A stretch of 64,000 bases of DNA from Felis catus (GCF_018350175.1 NC_058373.1:100008001-100072000), one strand, 5' to 3'. Positions 16,494-28,042 are shown, numbered from the stretch's first letter. The notes: generated by a model from the sequence alone, not told the origin. Numbers and translations: made by a program.

Positions 16494-17148
16494 TGTTGAG
16501 CAATCAGGTGTTGAGGTGGTCAGTTAGGACAGTGAGCCAAACTTAACAATCAAGCCTTTATTCACCTACTGTGATAGCAAGAGCCAGAGGCCAAAAGAGA
16601 GGCACCAGCTCCACAATGTTCCATTCCTTGCCCCACTGACCATGGGTTGGCATTAGGCCAGAGTCATATGGGTATAGTTCAGGTGCAGGGAGGCATTGCA
16701 TTCCCAGGGGCCCCAAACAAATGGCTCCTGACTCTTTATGGACTCCGGGGCTCAGGAGAAAAAAAGGGGGAGGAGCCAGAAGTGGAATGGTACTAAGTGG
16801 AGAAACGTGTCTCAACCAAAGACCCTTGATAAGGTCTTAGTGGAAGCACCTAGGAGGTGCCTCAGCCAAGGTCCCTGATAATGAGGCCTTCGAATAGAGA
16901 CACTTGGGCTAAAAATACAGGTGTACCCATGAGCATGTCTGGCCTCAGGGACTGGAACTGGTGAGGTGCTTGATAGTTAGACCTTAACTTTCTCTAGAAA
17001 ACTGCAATGCAGTGGGCATGCACCAAGTCTGGTGTGGGCAGGACACCTTCCCCCATGAGGCCTACCAGACATAGCCTGTAAATGCCTGTTGTCAGGCCTG
17101 ATAGATGACACAAAGATTCTGGCCTGGAGCTGAACTCCTAACTCTTCA
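16494..17148 (-). mobile_element. Probable solo LTR inserted in an L2 relic
   Basis: GC-richer block bounded by TG...CA, minus-strand AATAAA at 16557-16562 near one end, and L2-like sequence on both sides; family not identified. Confidence 0.45.
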
Positions 17149-17149
17149 G

Positions 17150-17650
17150 TGGCTACCCCAAAAGCCACAACTTCTTTACATGGTAAACACATATCTCTTC
17201 ATCTGACCCCATACCTACTTTTCTGCTCTCATGTCCTGCTTCACATTTCATACTCCAGTAAAAACTGCCCCCTCCAAACTATTCTAACCTCTATGCATTT
17301 GCTCACAGCGTCCCCTGATCTCCCCACCTTCTGTTTCTTCACCAAGCAAACCCTCACTTATCCTTTAAGAGTCATCCCAAGTGCTACATCCATCAGGAAG
17401 CCTTCTTAACAAATATCCACCATCATTCTAGACACAAGTAACCATTCTCTATGCTGTGGATCCTTAAGCCTTATGCATCAAACTTCTATTTTACTTACTA
17501 CATAATATTTTCTGTTTATGTATCTAACAAAACACTAAATTCCTAGAGAACAGAAGTCATATATTTTTCTATTATGTATCCCCAATGCCTACTGAGTATC
17601 AGGTACATAGCAGAAACATGGGGAATCATCTATTTGTGGAATTAGTATTC
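17150..17650 (+). mobile_element. L2 LINE 3' relic
   Basis: Degraded L2 3' motifs (AGGAAGCCTTC; TGTATCCCCAATGCCTA...GTACATAGCAG). Confidence 0.55.
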
Positions 17651-19033
17651 TATGAATCAGCATTAGCACAGCACTAGGAATAGGAAACTACTACAGCAGG
17701 ATTGAATGACACAAGCCCCAAGGGGTAACCAGTTCCCAGAATCGACAGCCTCTCCACACTAAGGCCCAATTGTTTTAAAACCACTTTGTCAGCAGGTTGT
17801 CCAACATGGGCCTGCTGCTCCAGGATTTGCTATCAAACTTGTCAAAGACAATCTTAAATCTTAGTATTGCCTCCCTAACCCTCAAAGAATCTTCTTTCTC
17901 TGTCTCTTCACCTTCTCATATCTGGGTCAAAGATTGTTATCAGTTATCCACTGTAAAAATGGCAGAAACTAGGGAGCTTCTTGAGAACAAGCATCATATC
18001 TATTAAAACTAGGACTTTGCTAAGCTTTTTATGACCCCCACCCTGAAGACACCTTTCTCTAGGGGGGGGGAAGTCTCTGCACAGCCTAGCAGCTCTTTGG
18101 AATTCCTCTTCAAAAGGCCATTGTTCACCCTCTACAACTGGCTTCTTGGTCTACAGGCCTTAGACTCCATGGTTATCAACGAGTTCTAAGAACTTTTCAT
18201 TAATATATAATTAGTACTAGAACATTTAAAAGTATCCATTTGCAAAGTGATAACCACAACCTTCCACCTTTATGTTTTGTGTCTTGTCATTTAACTTTCA
18301 TCCAATTTTTATGGGAATCCAGTCAGAGAGAAGAAAGAGGGGAGCCAAGCAGAAAACAGACACACTCAGTGTCAGCAAAGGTCTTAGTGGCCAAGAGTCC
18401 AAGCGCAACATTAAACTGGAAAAGTCCACGTTAACTTGTGTCCCTAATGAAGTTGTAGTTTCCAGCTGTGTCACCAAAGAGAGTATCAGACTTCATTCAG
18501 GAGGAGACTGCACAAATGGACTCCACATAGGCCTAAACCCCAGGTCTAAAGACTCCATGCCATAGAAGTTAAATTTAGATTCACTCTCTCTCTCAGTAAA
18601 CACTACAATGTGTGTTGAGACTATCTGCACAGTTTCTGTACCTACTGGCCAGGCACAGAGCTACAGACTCCAGAAAAATCAGGCTGGGGTCAGAAGCATG
18701 CCAGACATTTTAAAACTCCTAGTGAGAACAGCAAAGACAAACTTCTTACCTGGTAAAATCCTTACTTCACAGGTACATTCAAAAGCAAAAGCAATACTAT
18801 GACCATGTGGTCCTGCTGTGCCCTCTCCTACTTTTATACAAAGATGTATCTGTATCCTTTGCCAGTCAAGAAATTTTAGATCCTCTATGTAGGAAGATAG
18901 ACCAGTAATTTGTGTGAAATTAATGCCTATGAATATAATGTTAAAACCCTAAAATATTTTAATGGGTTTTGGTTTTCTAAAATGAAATCAAGAGATTGTT
19001 AACAATAAGTGAATGAGTACCCCCTATACTTAC

Positions 19034-19108
19034 AAGAGAACATGAGCAATGATGGCATTCACGTCAAACAAGGTATCAGTAGGGAATTCTCTCAGTAAGA
19101 TGTTGCCC
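19034..19108 (-). CDS. TXNDC16: TXNDC16 coding exon 4: (R)[24 protein letters not shown](F)
   Basis: 75 nt, phase 2/2, TAG acceptor and GTAAGT donor; matches recalled human ERp90 [25 protein letters not shown]. Confidence 0.95.
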
Positions 19109-19665
19109 CTATAAAAAAATTTTAAAAAAGCATTACAGAAATATTTCCCTGGAACTCATTTTTCTTGTCTCTCTAATACAGTAGGTTGTAAGTTCTTTGA
19201 TGTTAAGAGCCTGGGTGTTATCCATTATCCCATTCACCTATCAGCGTGCTGACGGTAAAATATGCACAAATATTTATTGAATATACGTTCAATAAATATG
19301 TTGACTTGGAAGAGTGTAGGCCCAGAACTTGGCAAAAAAAACTAGGAAAACACATAAGTCTCAACACAGCTTCCTACCAACCTCCTTGTCACATACACAC
19401 AGATTCCCTAAATGGGCTGGGAAGGAGACAAATAGGAGAGACAAACAAGTGTCCTCAGCAATTGGTCTGAGGAGACAGTATCTGTCCTCACTTCTTAGGC
19501 CAAATCCCAAGAGTTTGACAAAAAGATTTTGAGAAACTTCAGAGAGACTAGCAGACCAAAGTGGAGAGGAATCTGTAACTGGGACACTGGCAGATGTCTC
19601 AAAAATACCTTTCTTTCACACCCAAATATGGACCTGAGAGATCTACTCAAAACACTAACTTTGTT

Positions 19666-19930
19666 GGGGCACCTGGGTGGCTCAGTCGGTTGAGCGTCCG
19701 ACTTCGCTCAGGTCACGATCTCACGGTCCGTGAGTTCGAGCCCCGCATCAGGCTCTGTGCTGACAGCTCAGAGCCTGGAGCCTGCTTCAGATTCTGTGTC
19801 TCCCTCTCTCTCTGGCCCTCCCCCCGTTCATGCTCTGTCTCTCTCTGTCTCAAAAATAAATAAATGTTAAAAAAAAATTTTTTTTTAAATAAAAAAATAA
19901 AAAATAATAATAATAAAAAAAAAAAAAACA
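19666..19930 (+). mobile_element. CAN-SINE
   Basis: Typical; TSD AAAACACTAACTTTGTT. Confidence 0.95.
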
Positions 19931-20218
19931 CTAACTTTGTTAAATGCTTACTTTCCAGGCACTTATAGTAGTAGTTTACATAAGAATTCTCATGTAATAT
20001 TCAAAACAAGTCTGTGAGGTAGCTGTTATACCTATTTTAACTAATTTTATAGCTAAAGAAGCTAAAGTTCAGATAACAAATCTAGGACTTAGACCATTTG
20101 CTAAACTTCATATAATCCCCCATGCATACAACTTTATCCTGGCTTAGTGATATTTTATATATTTTAATATTCTAGAAGTATAGCTTTAATTTGGCTATCA
20201 CACTCAAAAACAGTTTAC

Positions 20219-20292
20219 CTGAATAAATACACTTTCATCAAATCCTTTTCTTTTCCACAGTATCTTGATGTTTCTTCTTTGACACAATTAAC
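20219..20292 (-). CDS. TXNDC16: TXNDC16 coding exon 3: VNCVKEETSRYCGKEKDLMKVYLF(R)
   Basis: 74 nt, phase 0/2, AAG acceptor and AG|GTAAAC donor; matches recalled human VNCVKEEISRYCGKEKDLMKAYLFK. Confidence 0.95.
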
Positions 20293-20400
20293 CTTTAAGA
20301 GATTATATTTAAGGTTTAGAGTATATATCAAAAGGTCAAGTTTCTTGGTTATGGAAACAAGAAGGAAAATTAAACAGTAAAATCTGTCTCCAGGTCAAAT

Positions 20401-20615
20401 TAAAAAAAATTTTTTTTTAATGTTTATTTTTGAGAGAGAGCGAGAGTGAGCACGAGTGGGGGAGGGGCAGAGAGAGTGGGAGACAGACTCTGAAGGAAGC
20501 TCCAGACTCTGAGTTGTCAGCACAGAGTCCAATGCAGGGCTTGAACTTGTGAACTGTGCGATCATGGCCTGAGCCAAAGTCAGACGTTTAACCAACTGAG
20601 CCACCCAGGATCCCC
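20401..20615 (-). mobile_element. CAN-SINE
   Basis: Antisense copy ending CTGAGCCACCCAGG.TCCCC. Confidence 0.9.
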
Positions 20616-20922
20616 TCACATTTTTTATTTTACTTTTCTTTCTGATTTGTATCCTATAATTGCTCATTTATTCAAGTGGGTTACCTCAGAGAAAGAAAGT
20701 GTTTCTATACCTAAGAGTTATATTTAATTATACTTAAGAGTTTAAATTTAATTCAATCTTATGGAACAAGTACGAGGTAACCAGGTAGAAAAGGAAAGAA
20801 ACCATTTAGGCAGGACAAAAAATCATGAGCGAAAGCCAAGAAGCAGAAGTAAGTGGTAAGTTGAGAGCATGAAAGCATCTCAGCAGCTGGAACACAGGTA
20901 CGGCAGATACTGCTGGTTTCTA

Positions 20923-20956
20923 TTTTTTTTTTCTTTCTTTTTAAACATTTGTTTAT

Positions 20957-21001
<45 letters not shown>

Positions 21002-21155
21002 CAGAGAGAGACAGGGAGAGAGAGACAATCCCAAGCAGACCCCGCACTGTCAGTGTAGAGCCCAACATGGGGCTCAATCTCATGAACCACAAGATCTTGA
21101 CCTGAGCTGAAATCAAGAGTCAAATGCTTAACTGACTGAGCCACCCAGATGCCCC
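20923..21155 (-). mobile_element. CAN-SINE with expanded (GA)n microsatellite at about 20960-21000
   Basis: Antisense SINE; TSD ACTGCTGGTTTCT. Confidence 0.9.
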
Positions 21156-22018
21156 ACTGCTGGTTTCTTATCCAAAATCCATCCTTCCCTTTTGTTTTAT
21201 TAACAGAACTTCCCTAAACACAAATGTCCCCAGTGAAAGACTTTTCCAGGTTCCCCAACAACTATAGATGGCCAAACAATGTTAGGGAGAAGTTACTGGG
21301 GTCGGATCAAAGAAGGTTCTTAAAGGAGAGCTGACTTACACTTTTCCCACTTCTTCCTGACAAAAAACAGACAAGACAGTGCCAGCAGTAATTATGGACC
21401 ATGAAGCATCTTTAAAGGATAAACCCTTGCTGAGGATGATGCAACAGAAACAGCAACATGAAGATGTAATGGAAGGCAAGGGAACACAAAGATAAGCAGG
21501 AAAGTTAAACGAGTATCACCTCAGTACAGGGCAAGGATGAATGAGATCTGAAGTAAAGCAGAAAAGGACAGAAGAGATTTGAGAGATTTCTCACCAATAC
21601 AGTAAGTAAAACTAGGGGGAAGACTGAGCATGTGTACGCAGTAGGGAATAAAGGAAAAAAGAAGGAGATAAAAAGAATGAAGAGGTTTCTAGATGGGGCA
21701 AAGGGTAGCCACCAACAAAATTTGCACTAAACTAAGGTTAGAAGAAAAACAGTCATTTCATTTTAGATTTTGTAAGTTTTGGTTTTGTTTTTTAAATGGG
21801 TTGGTTGTTTTGTATGTATGTCATTCAATTTAATTTTAACGGAGTTTGAGGAAGCAGAATGACAACTAGGGAAGCTACATTTGTTTTCAAAGCTACAAAA
21901 GGAGAACTGATACTCAGAAAAAATATCAGGAATAGAGAAATTAGAATTAAAAGTTGGAATACTGCCATAACCAAAAAGAGTGAATTTTAGCATATGTAAC
22001 TTTTTAAAGAATTCTTTA

Positions 22019-22218
22019 GGGGTACCTGGGTGGCTCAATCAGTTGAGTGGCCAACTTCAGCTCAGGTCACGATCTCGTGGTATGTGAGTTCGAGCCCCAC
22101 ATTGGGCTCTCTGTTGTCAGCATAGAGTCCGCTTCAGATCCTCTGTCCACCCCACCCCGCCCCTTCCCCTGCTTGCATTCTCTCTCTCAAAAATAAACAC
22201 TAAAAAAAAATTTTTTTA
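22019..22218 (+). mobile_element. CAN-SINE
   Basis: Typical head and tail. Confidence 0.9.
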
Positions 22219-22264
22219 AGTCAGAGCATAGGGGATGGTTGACATTAGGACAATAGATTTTTTT

Positions 22265-23040
22265 TCCATTCAGCCGTTTAACATATATATGAACACCTAC
22301 CATATGTTAGTCACTCTTCTAGTCACTGGGGGCACAATTAAGTTCCAAACAAAGATTTTTATCTTTAGAACTTACATTCTAAAAGTAGAGACAGACAATT
22401 TTAAAAACTAATTAATATGTAGCATTAAGTCCCACAAATTAAAAAAACAGTAAAGGGATAGTATGTAACAGGACATTTTATACAGGTAATCAAGGAAGGC
22501 TTGGCGGGGGGAGGGGAGGTGACCTTTGCACAAAGAACTGAAGCAAAGTAGTGATGCATACTATTATATAAGTATGTTGAAAAGAGGAGTTCTGACAGAA
22601 GAGAAAATACTTGCAAAGGCCTTGTAGAAATAATACATCAAGCAGGTTCAGGTAACAAAAAGATGACTTGTAGGTGTCAGGAACAAACTGAGCCAGTTGG
22701 AGAGGCAGAAAAAGAAATGAGAGGAAGCCAGTGTCCATAAGAGTGAAGAGTTTCAAGTTTATCCTAACTGTAACAGGAAGCCTTTTGGAGGGGTAGCAAT
22801 GTGACCTGACACATTTGACTTATGCATAGAGAAGAATTTAGTAGGACAAGAGTGAAAGGAGAAAGGCCAATTATTAGAAGGCTATGGTAGTTTCCCAGAT
22901 GAGAAGTCATGAAGGTCTGGACAACAGGGGTCAAAGTGGAGGTGCAGGAAGTGCTAAGATTTGGGAAGTTTTGATAGTAGAACCTAAAGGTTTATTGATG
23001 GGTTGGTTATGACAAAGTCAAAGATGATTCAAAGGTTTTT
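22265..23040 (-). mobile_element. L2 LINE relic
   Basis: Antisense L2-like motifs (GAACACCTACCATATG, CAAGGAAGGCTT, CAAAGATGATTCAAAGGTTTT). Confidence 0.55.
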
Positions 23041-23974
23041 TGTTTTAAAGTCTACTTTGATATAGTAAGATAACTATACCAGCCTCCTTTTGGTCATCAC
23101 TTAATGATACATCTTTTTCCTTCCTTCAATACTTCGAAGATATCTGAAGACTGACTTTATTTTAAGATGGATTTCTAAATAGCATACATTTGGGTTTGGT
23201 TATTGCACCCAGCTTGGCAATCTTTGTCTTAACTGGAACATTTAGTACATTTATATTTTAGTGTTTTCTTCATCTACCTCTGCCTCCTGAAATCTTAACT
23301 TTTCAAGACAATCTCAAAATGCTACTTTTTGTAAAGTCTTTCCAAATACCATACGTGACCTTCTGCCATGACAATCAGATATGAGCTTCCCTTCTTTAAA
23401 CCTCAGTGGCATTTTATCTGTATCTCATATTACAACGATCATGTTCTGCTACTTATTGAAGTGATTTGTGTTTAACTCCCCTATTTAGGATCTAAACTGT
23501 CCAAAGAAATAAACTGGGTCTTTATCACATATCTACCTAAAAAACTAAATGAAGCAGCTCATTTCAATGTCATAAACATTTACCAAATATTTATTATGTG
23601 CAGAGAGTGAGCTAGGTACTTAATATTTGTCTGCCTTATTCACCAGTCTTCTTTCCACACAGCTTAGCATCCTCAACTGTAAAATCAAGACTTTACGTTT
23701 TGTTAGTTCATAAAGGCAACAACACTCTAGGCATGAACTTTAATATTCTATTTTAGTTACCAGATATACAGTTACTAGTTACTCAATAAATAGTATGATT
23801 ATCCCTTTTGAATGTCATACCAACTTAGTATTTCATCTCTAAACTTTAGTCTAGAATTTTATTAAAAGCTCCTCAAAGATGAGCACCATTATCATTCTAG
23901 AGTGTAATCAGCTGTTCAAAGTTAACCCAGTTACATACAGAATTAAGAAAAGACTTTTTTTTAAGTGTTTAGCA

Positions 23975-24820
23975 GTGACATAGAAATATAGAATTGGTCT
24001 TTTCCCCTGGTTCCTCACACATTCCTAAAACCCTTGTTATTTCCTGAGTGACAGGAGGGCTAGGAGTATCTTTTGTTCTAACACTTGGTCTTTAACCCCA
24101 GTTCCTTATAGAAGAGCTTCTAAGACCCTTGGAAACTCCTAGAGTATCTTTTTGCATGCTAAAACACTGATCACTGGGGGGCCCTAGATAGCTTCAAGAT
24201 GGGGGCTGCTCACTAAAAAGACAAAGGCATGATTAGAAGATTGAACTTTCTGCCCCATCTCCCATCCTCTGCGCTAGAGATAAAGCCAATCACCAGTGGC
24301 CAATGATTTACTCAATCGTGCCCACATAACGGAATCTCCATAAAACCCCTAAATAACAGGGCTTGAAAGCTTCCAGGCTGGTGAACACATCTAAGTAATG
24401 GGAAGGTGAAACACCCCATACTACAAGAGGACAGAAGCTCCTGTGCTCAAGGCTTCCAGACCTTGCCATATGCATCTTTTACATTTGGCTGTTCCTGAGT
24501 TCTATCACGTATAATAAACCAGTAATAGTACACAAAGTGTTTTCTTGAGTCCTGAGAGCCATTACAGCAAATTATTGAACAAGCAAGGAGGGGGTTTTGA
24601 GAGCTCCCAGTTTATAGCCAAGTCAGACAGAAGTTGTAGGCAACCTAAGAATCTACTCCCTATGATTGGCATCTGAAGTAGAGGGCAATCTTATAGGACT
24701 AAGCCCTTAACCTGTGAGATCTGGGTTACATGGGTGGTCAGTATCATAAATGACTGGTGTAGAAAACTCACACATTTGATGTCAGAAGTGTTCTGTGGAT
24801 AGAGGGAAGAGTTTCCCTTT
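23975..24820 (+). mobile_element. Solo LTR, MER21-like (ERVL)
   Basis: LTR-like block containing CCTAAAACCCTTG, AAGCTTCCAGG.TGGTGAACAC and ATAATAAACCAGTAA...TTTCTTGAGTCCTG. Confidence 0.6.
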
Positions 24821-25644
24821 AATAGGCAAGGTTAGTTAACCTTTCTATGCTTCCTGCCCTGGAAACTCTAGCTGCAGGGACCAAGTGGGTCAGCAACCAT
24901 CTCTCAGAAGCAGAAGGCTAATGAACTAAGAAAGAATAAATGTACACAGAAAGTCAGGTAGACACTAATCTGACAGAATTTAATAATCACTGGGTTATAA
25001 TATCACTGGGTTATAATTTTCTGAGGTACAAATTCTAAGATTAAAGTAAATGAAAAGCTCATGTAGCTATCTAATCCATGATGCATGTGGAAATTTTCCA
25101 TAATACTCCATGGCAAGTTTGAACATTTTTTGAGAAAAAAATTAAATACGTCATTTCAAGTTAGGCTGTTTTGACTTTGTCCTAAAAATAAAGGAAAAAC
25201 TGCAACATAAGCAATTATAAAGACTTAGAAGAACAGAAAACAAAAAATACTTCAATTGCCTCAATTTTGATACTTCAGTTTGTGCTAATAGAAATTTAAT
25301 AAATAGTTGAATGTGGAGATCTACTATATTTGTCAGGCAAAACAAAGCAAAAAAGCCTAAGTATAGCATTAAAAACTGAAACAGTTTATAAAACAAATTA
25401 AGTTCTAAGCTAACAAAAAATTCTGAACAGCTTTTTTGTTTATCTACATGTACTAATTTACACCATAATCTGGAAGTATCTTCTGTGCTTCTGTTCTTTC
25501 TTATGAAAAAAAGGTAGAAAAAAAATATTTTTCCAGTTTGGAAAAAGATCTGAAACGTAAGTATTTTTAGATACTCAGCATTAAGTCATATAATTATAAA
25601 ATGTTTGTCACTAATAATTTAGTAACAAAAAAATATCTTTCTAC

Positions 25645-25727
25645 CTTTGCAACTGAAATTCCAAAGTCCTGGAGAGGTTTAACAGCCTCATTCAGTTCTT
25701 CAAGAAATATGGAAGTTCTTGGAGAAT
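25645..25727 (-). CDS. TXNDC16: TXNDC16 coding exon 2: (D)[27 protein letters not shown]
   Basis: 83 nt, phase 1/0, pyrimidine tract plus TAG acceptor, AAG|GTAGA donor; matches recalled human [28 protein letters not shown]. Confidence 0.95.
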
Positions 25728-26381
25728 CTAAAATAAGAAATGTTTTATGAATGTTTTATGGCTCGTTCCTTAGGAAAGATGAATTTTTAAAATTAAGGCC
25801 CAAAGCTGCAAACTGAAAAAGAAATGGATTGGTTTGCCCAACAAGTATATACAATACAACCAATAATCAAGTGAACATACCTGGTTATATAATTTTATAC
25901 CCTTACTTCTTATTGCCTCATTATTCTTATTTCTAATGTTTTTATGATGATTTTAATTTTGTAAGTGAATTTTTAAAATTTCTAAAATAAGAATAAATAA
26001 ATGTTTAATTCAAAGCTAACATTCGGCATTATTTTTCCAAGTTTCCATATACACAACACACGTGTATACATGCACAAAACTTTTGAAATGACTTTAAAAT
26101 ACCATTTTCAAATCACAATTATAAGAATCAACAGAAACGTGGATTAATTTCACTTACTAATTCCAGGAATAGTATTTTTTAAGGCATAAAGACTTAAATG
26201 AGACCATTACATTTTTAGTTATGTTCAATACTTACATCGGTTAATCAGTGTAATTAATGGTATACTAAAGCAGAGTATTAAATAAAAGCATTACTAATTC
26301 TTCACTTAAAGTTTAAAATACTTTAAACATATCCACTTGCTAAAAATATCAAGAAGTATACTTTCAGAAATGACTAGATGA

Positions 26382-26612
26382 GGGGCGCCTGGGTGGCTCA
26401 GTTGGTTAGGCATCGGACTTCAGCTTTGGTCATGATCTTGCGGTTCATGGGTTTGAGCCCCACAACAGGCTCTGTGCTGATAGCTCAGAGCCTGGACCCT
26501 GTTTCAGATTCTGTGTCTCCCTCTCTCTCTGCTCTGCCCCTCCCCCTACTCACATTCTGTCTGTCTCTCTCTCTCTCTCAAAAATAAATAAATGTTATAA
26601 AAAAATTTTTTT
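26382..26612 (+). mobile_element. CAN-SINE
   Basis: Typical head and tail. Confidence 0.9.
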
Positions 26613-26613
26613 A

Positions 26614-26643
26614 GTGCTCGCTTCGGCAGCACATATACTAAAA
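26614..26643 (+). pseudogene. RNU6: 3'-truncated U6 snRNA retrocopy (U6 nt 1 to ~30)
   Basis: GTGCTCGCTTCGGCAGCACATATACTAAAA is the U6 5' end; flanked by a perfect TSD AAAAAAATTTTTTTA (26599-26613 and 26640-26654). Confidence 0.92.
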
Positions 26644-26699
26644 AAATTTTTTTAAAGGACTGGATGAAATTCAGGTGTTACTCTACTAATAGCTAATTC

Positions 26700-26880
26700 T
26701 TATCTGGTATTTACTAAAGACTAAGTCACATGAATAAAGTCATTTAATCCTCACAACAAATTTATAAAGTATTATTTCCTCATTGTGGATGACAACAAAA
26801 ACACAGAGAGGCTAAGTGATTTAACCAAAATCACACAGAAGGTCAACTGGCACAATCATGATTTAAACTCAGGCATATAT
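26700..26880 (-). mobile_element. MIR relic
   Basis: CATTTAATCCTCACAAC...CAGAGAGGCTAAGTGA.TT..CCAA.ATCACACAG. Confidence 0.7.
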
Positions 26881-26998
26881 ATTTTAGTAACAGCTTTATA
26901 GCACATAATACTAATCTTGACAGTATCCCAGCAATACTACTGATTAAACAGCAAGAGAAACATCACAAAAATCACATCAGAATATAAAAAATACTTAC

Positions 26999-27161
26999 CG
27001 GCTTGACAAAAATAAGCTAAGGAGGCTTTTCCCGGTTGCAATGTACTGAAGTATTTCTGAGGGCTCAGTTCTGATAGAGAGTCTACTGCTGACTTATAAA
27101 AAATGCACATCATGACAAAAGAGATGCCAACTCTATATATATTGAAACTGGAAGACATCAT
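26999..27161 (-). CDS. TXNDC16: TXNDC16 first coding exon (coding part): (M)[53 protein letters not shown], including the signal peptide
   Basis: Matches the recalled human N-terminus MFSGFNVFRVGISFVIMCIFY...[30 protein letters not shown] donor, phase 1. Tandem ATGs at 27161 and 27158; the second has A at -3 and aligns with human. Candidate acceptors give exon starts at 27224 or 27236. Confidence 0.95.
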
Positions 27162-27179
27162 CAGCTGTAGTTGTACATG

Positions 27180-27300
27180 GGCAGGAGATTTTTGTCTGTT
27201 TTGTTCACTGCTGTGTTCTGTTGCCTAGGACAATACCTAGCAACGGTAGGTATTCAACAAAGTTTTGCTGAATAAATTTGTTAAACAAATGAATGAAGTA
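27180..27300 (+). mobile_element. L2 3' terminal relic overlapping the TXNDC16 5'UTR and acceptor in antisense
   Basis: TTTTGTCTGTTTTGTTCACTGCTGTG...CCTAG...GTAGGTATTCAACAAA.TTTTGCTGAAT...ATGAATGAA resembles the L2 3' end. Confidence 0.7.
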
Positions 27301-27336
27301 AAATCTGCAAGAAGAATAATGTAAGACATTACTTAC

Positions 27337-27435
27337 GTATTTGATTTTGTTAATACTTTCCTATTTCCTTCTAGTAAACATTTGAGAGGGATATCTATAA
27401 TGACATTGATTTGATAATACAATTGATTCTGGATA
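27337..27435 (-). other. TXNDC16: Probable TXNDC16 non-coding 5'UTR exon
   Basis: Consensus donor AC|GTAAGT at 27337/27336; pyrimidine-rich acceptor candidates TTTTGCAAG| (start 27435) or TATCCAG| (start 27428). Confidence 0.4.
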
Positions 27436-27743
27436 CTTGCAAAAGATATCAAAGATATCCAGAAAATACAATATGAAATATTTTATGTTTAATAGATCTT
27501 TACTAGAGTATGTTAAGCTAATTGTCATTTTTAAGGGTTCTAAAACTAAGTCTCAAACCTTATCCAATCCTTGTTTTAAATTGGTCATTTTATCTTTCTC
27601 TACACAAAGTAGATTTACAATGAATACTCAAATAGTTATTTCATACCATTACCATGGGAGTGAGGCATCCAAAACCTACATCTATTATGTTTACATTCTT
27701 TTTACTTTAAATTTCCTGGAAGATAGCTATTAAAACTATTTAA

Positions 27744-27956
27744 GGGGCACCTGGGTGGCTCAGTTGGTTGAGCGACCAACTTCGGCTCAGGTCACGATCC
27801 TGCAGTTCATGAGTTGGAACCCCACATGGGGCTAGCAGCTATCAGTACAGAGCCTGCTTCGAAACCTCTGTCTCGCTCTCTCTCTTCCCCTCCCCTGTTA
27901 TGCATGCATGCATGTTCTCTCTCTCTCAAAAGTAAATAAAAATTAAAAAAAAAAAA
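27744..27956 (+). mobile_element. CAN-SINE
   Basis: Typical head and tail. Confidence 0.9.
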
Positions 27957-27958
27957 CT

Positions 27959-27990
27959 TGGAAACCAATTTGACAATAAATTTCATATTT
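27959..27990 (+). mobile_element. 32-bp extreme 3' end of a young feline L1
   Basis: TGGAAACCAATTTGACAATAAATTTCATAT nearly identical to the L1 end at 54760-54790; AAAAAACT direct repeats. Confidence 0.8.
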
Positions 27991-28042
27991 AAAAAACTAA
28001 TAACGTTCCTTCTAAGTATAGTTTTAATTTTATTTGTTTATA

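Noticed and set aside
24986..25017. 16-bp tandem duplication ATCACTGGGTTATAAT x2 (similar 21-bp duplication at ~1863-1904)
   Set aside because: Ordinary slippage duplications with no sign of function.
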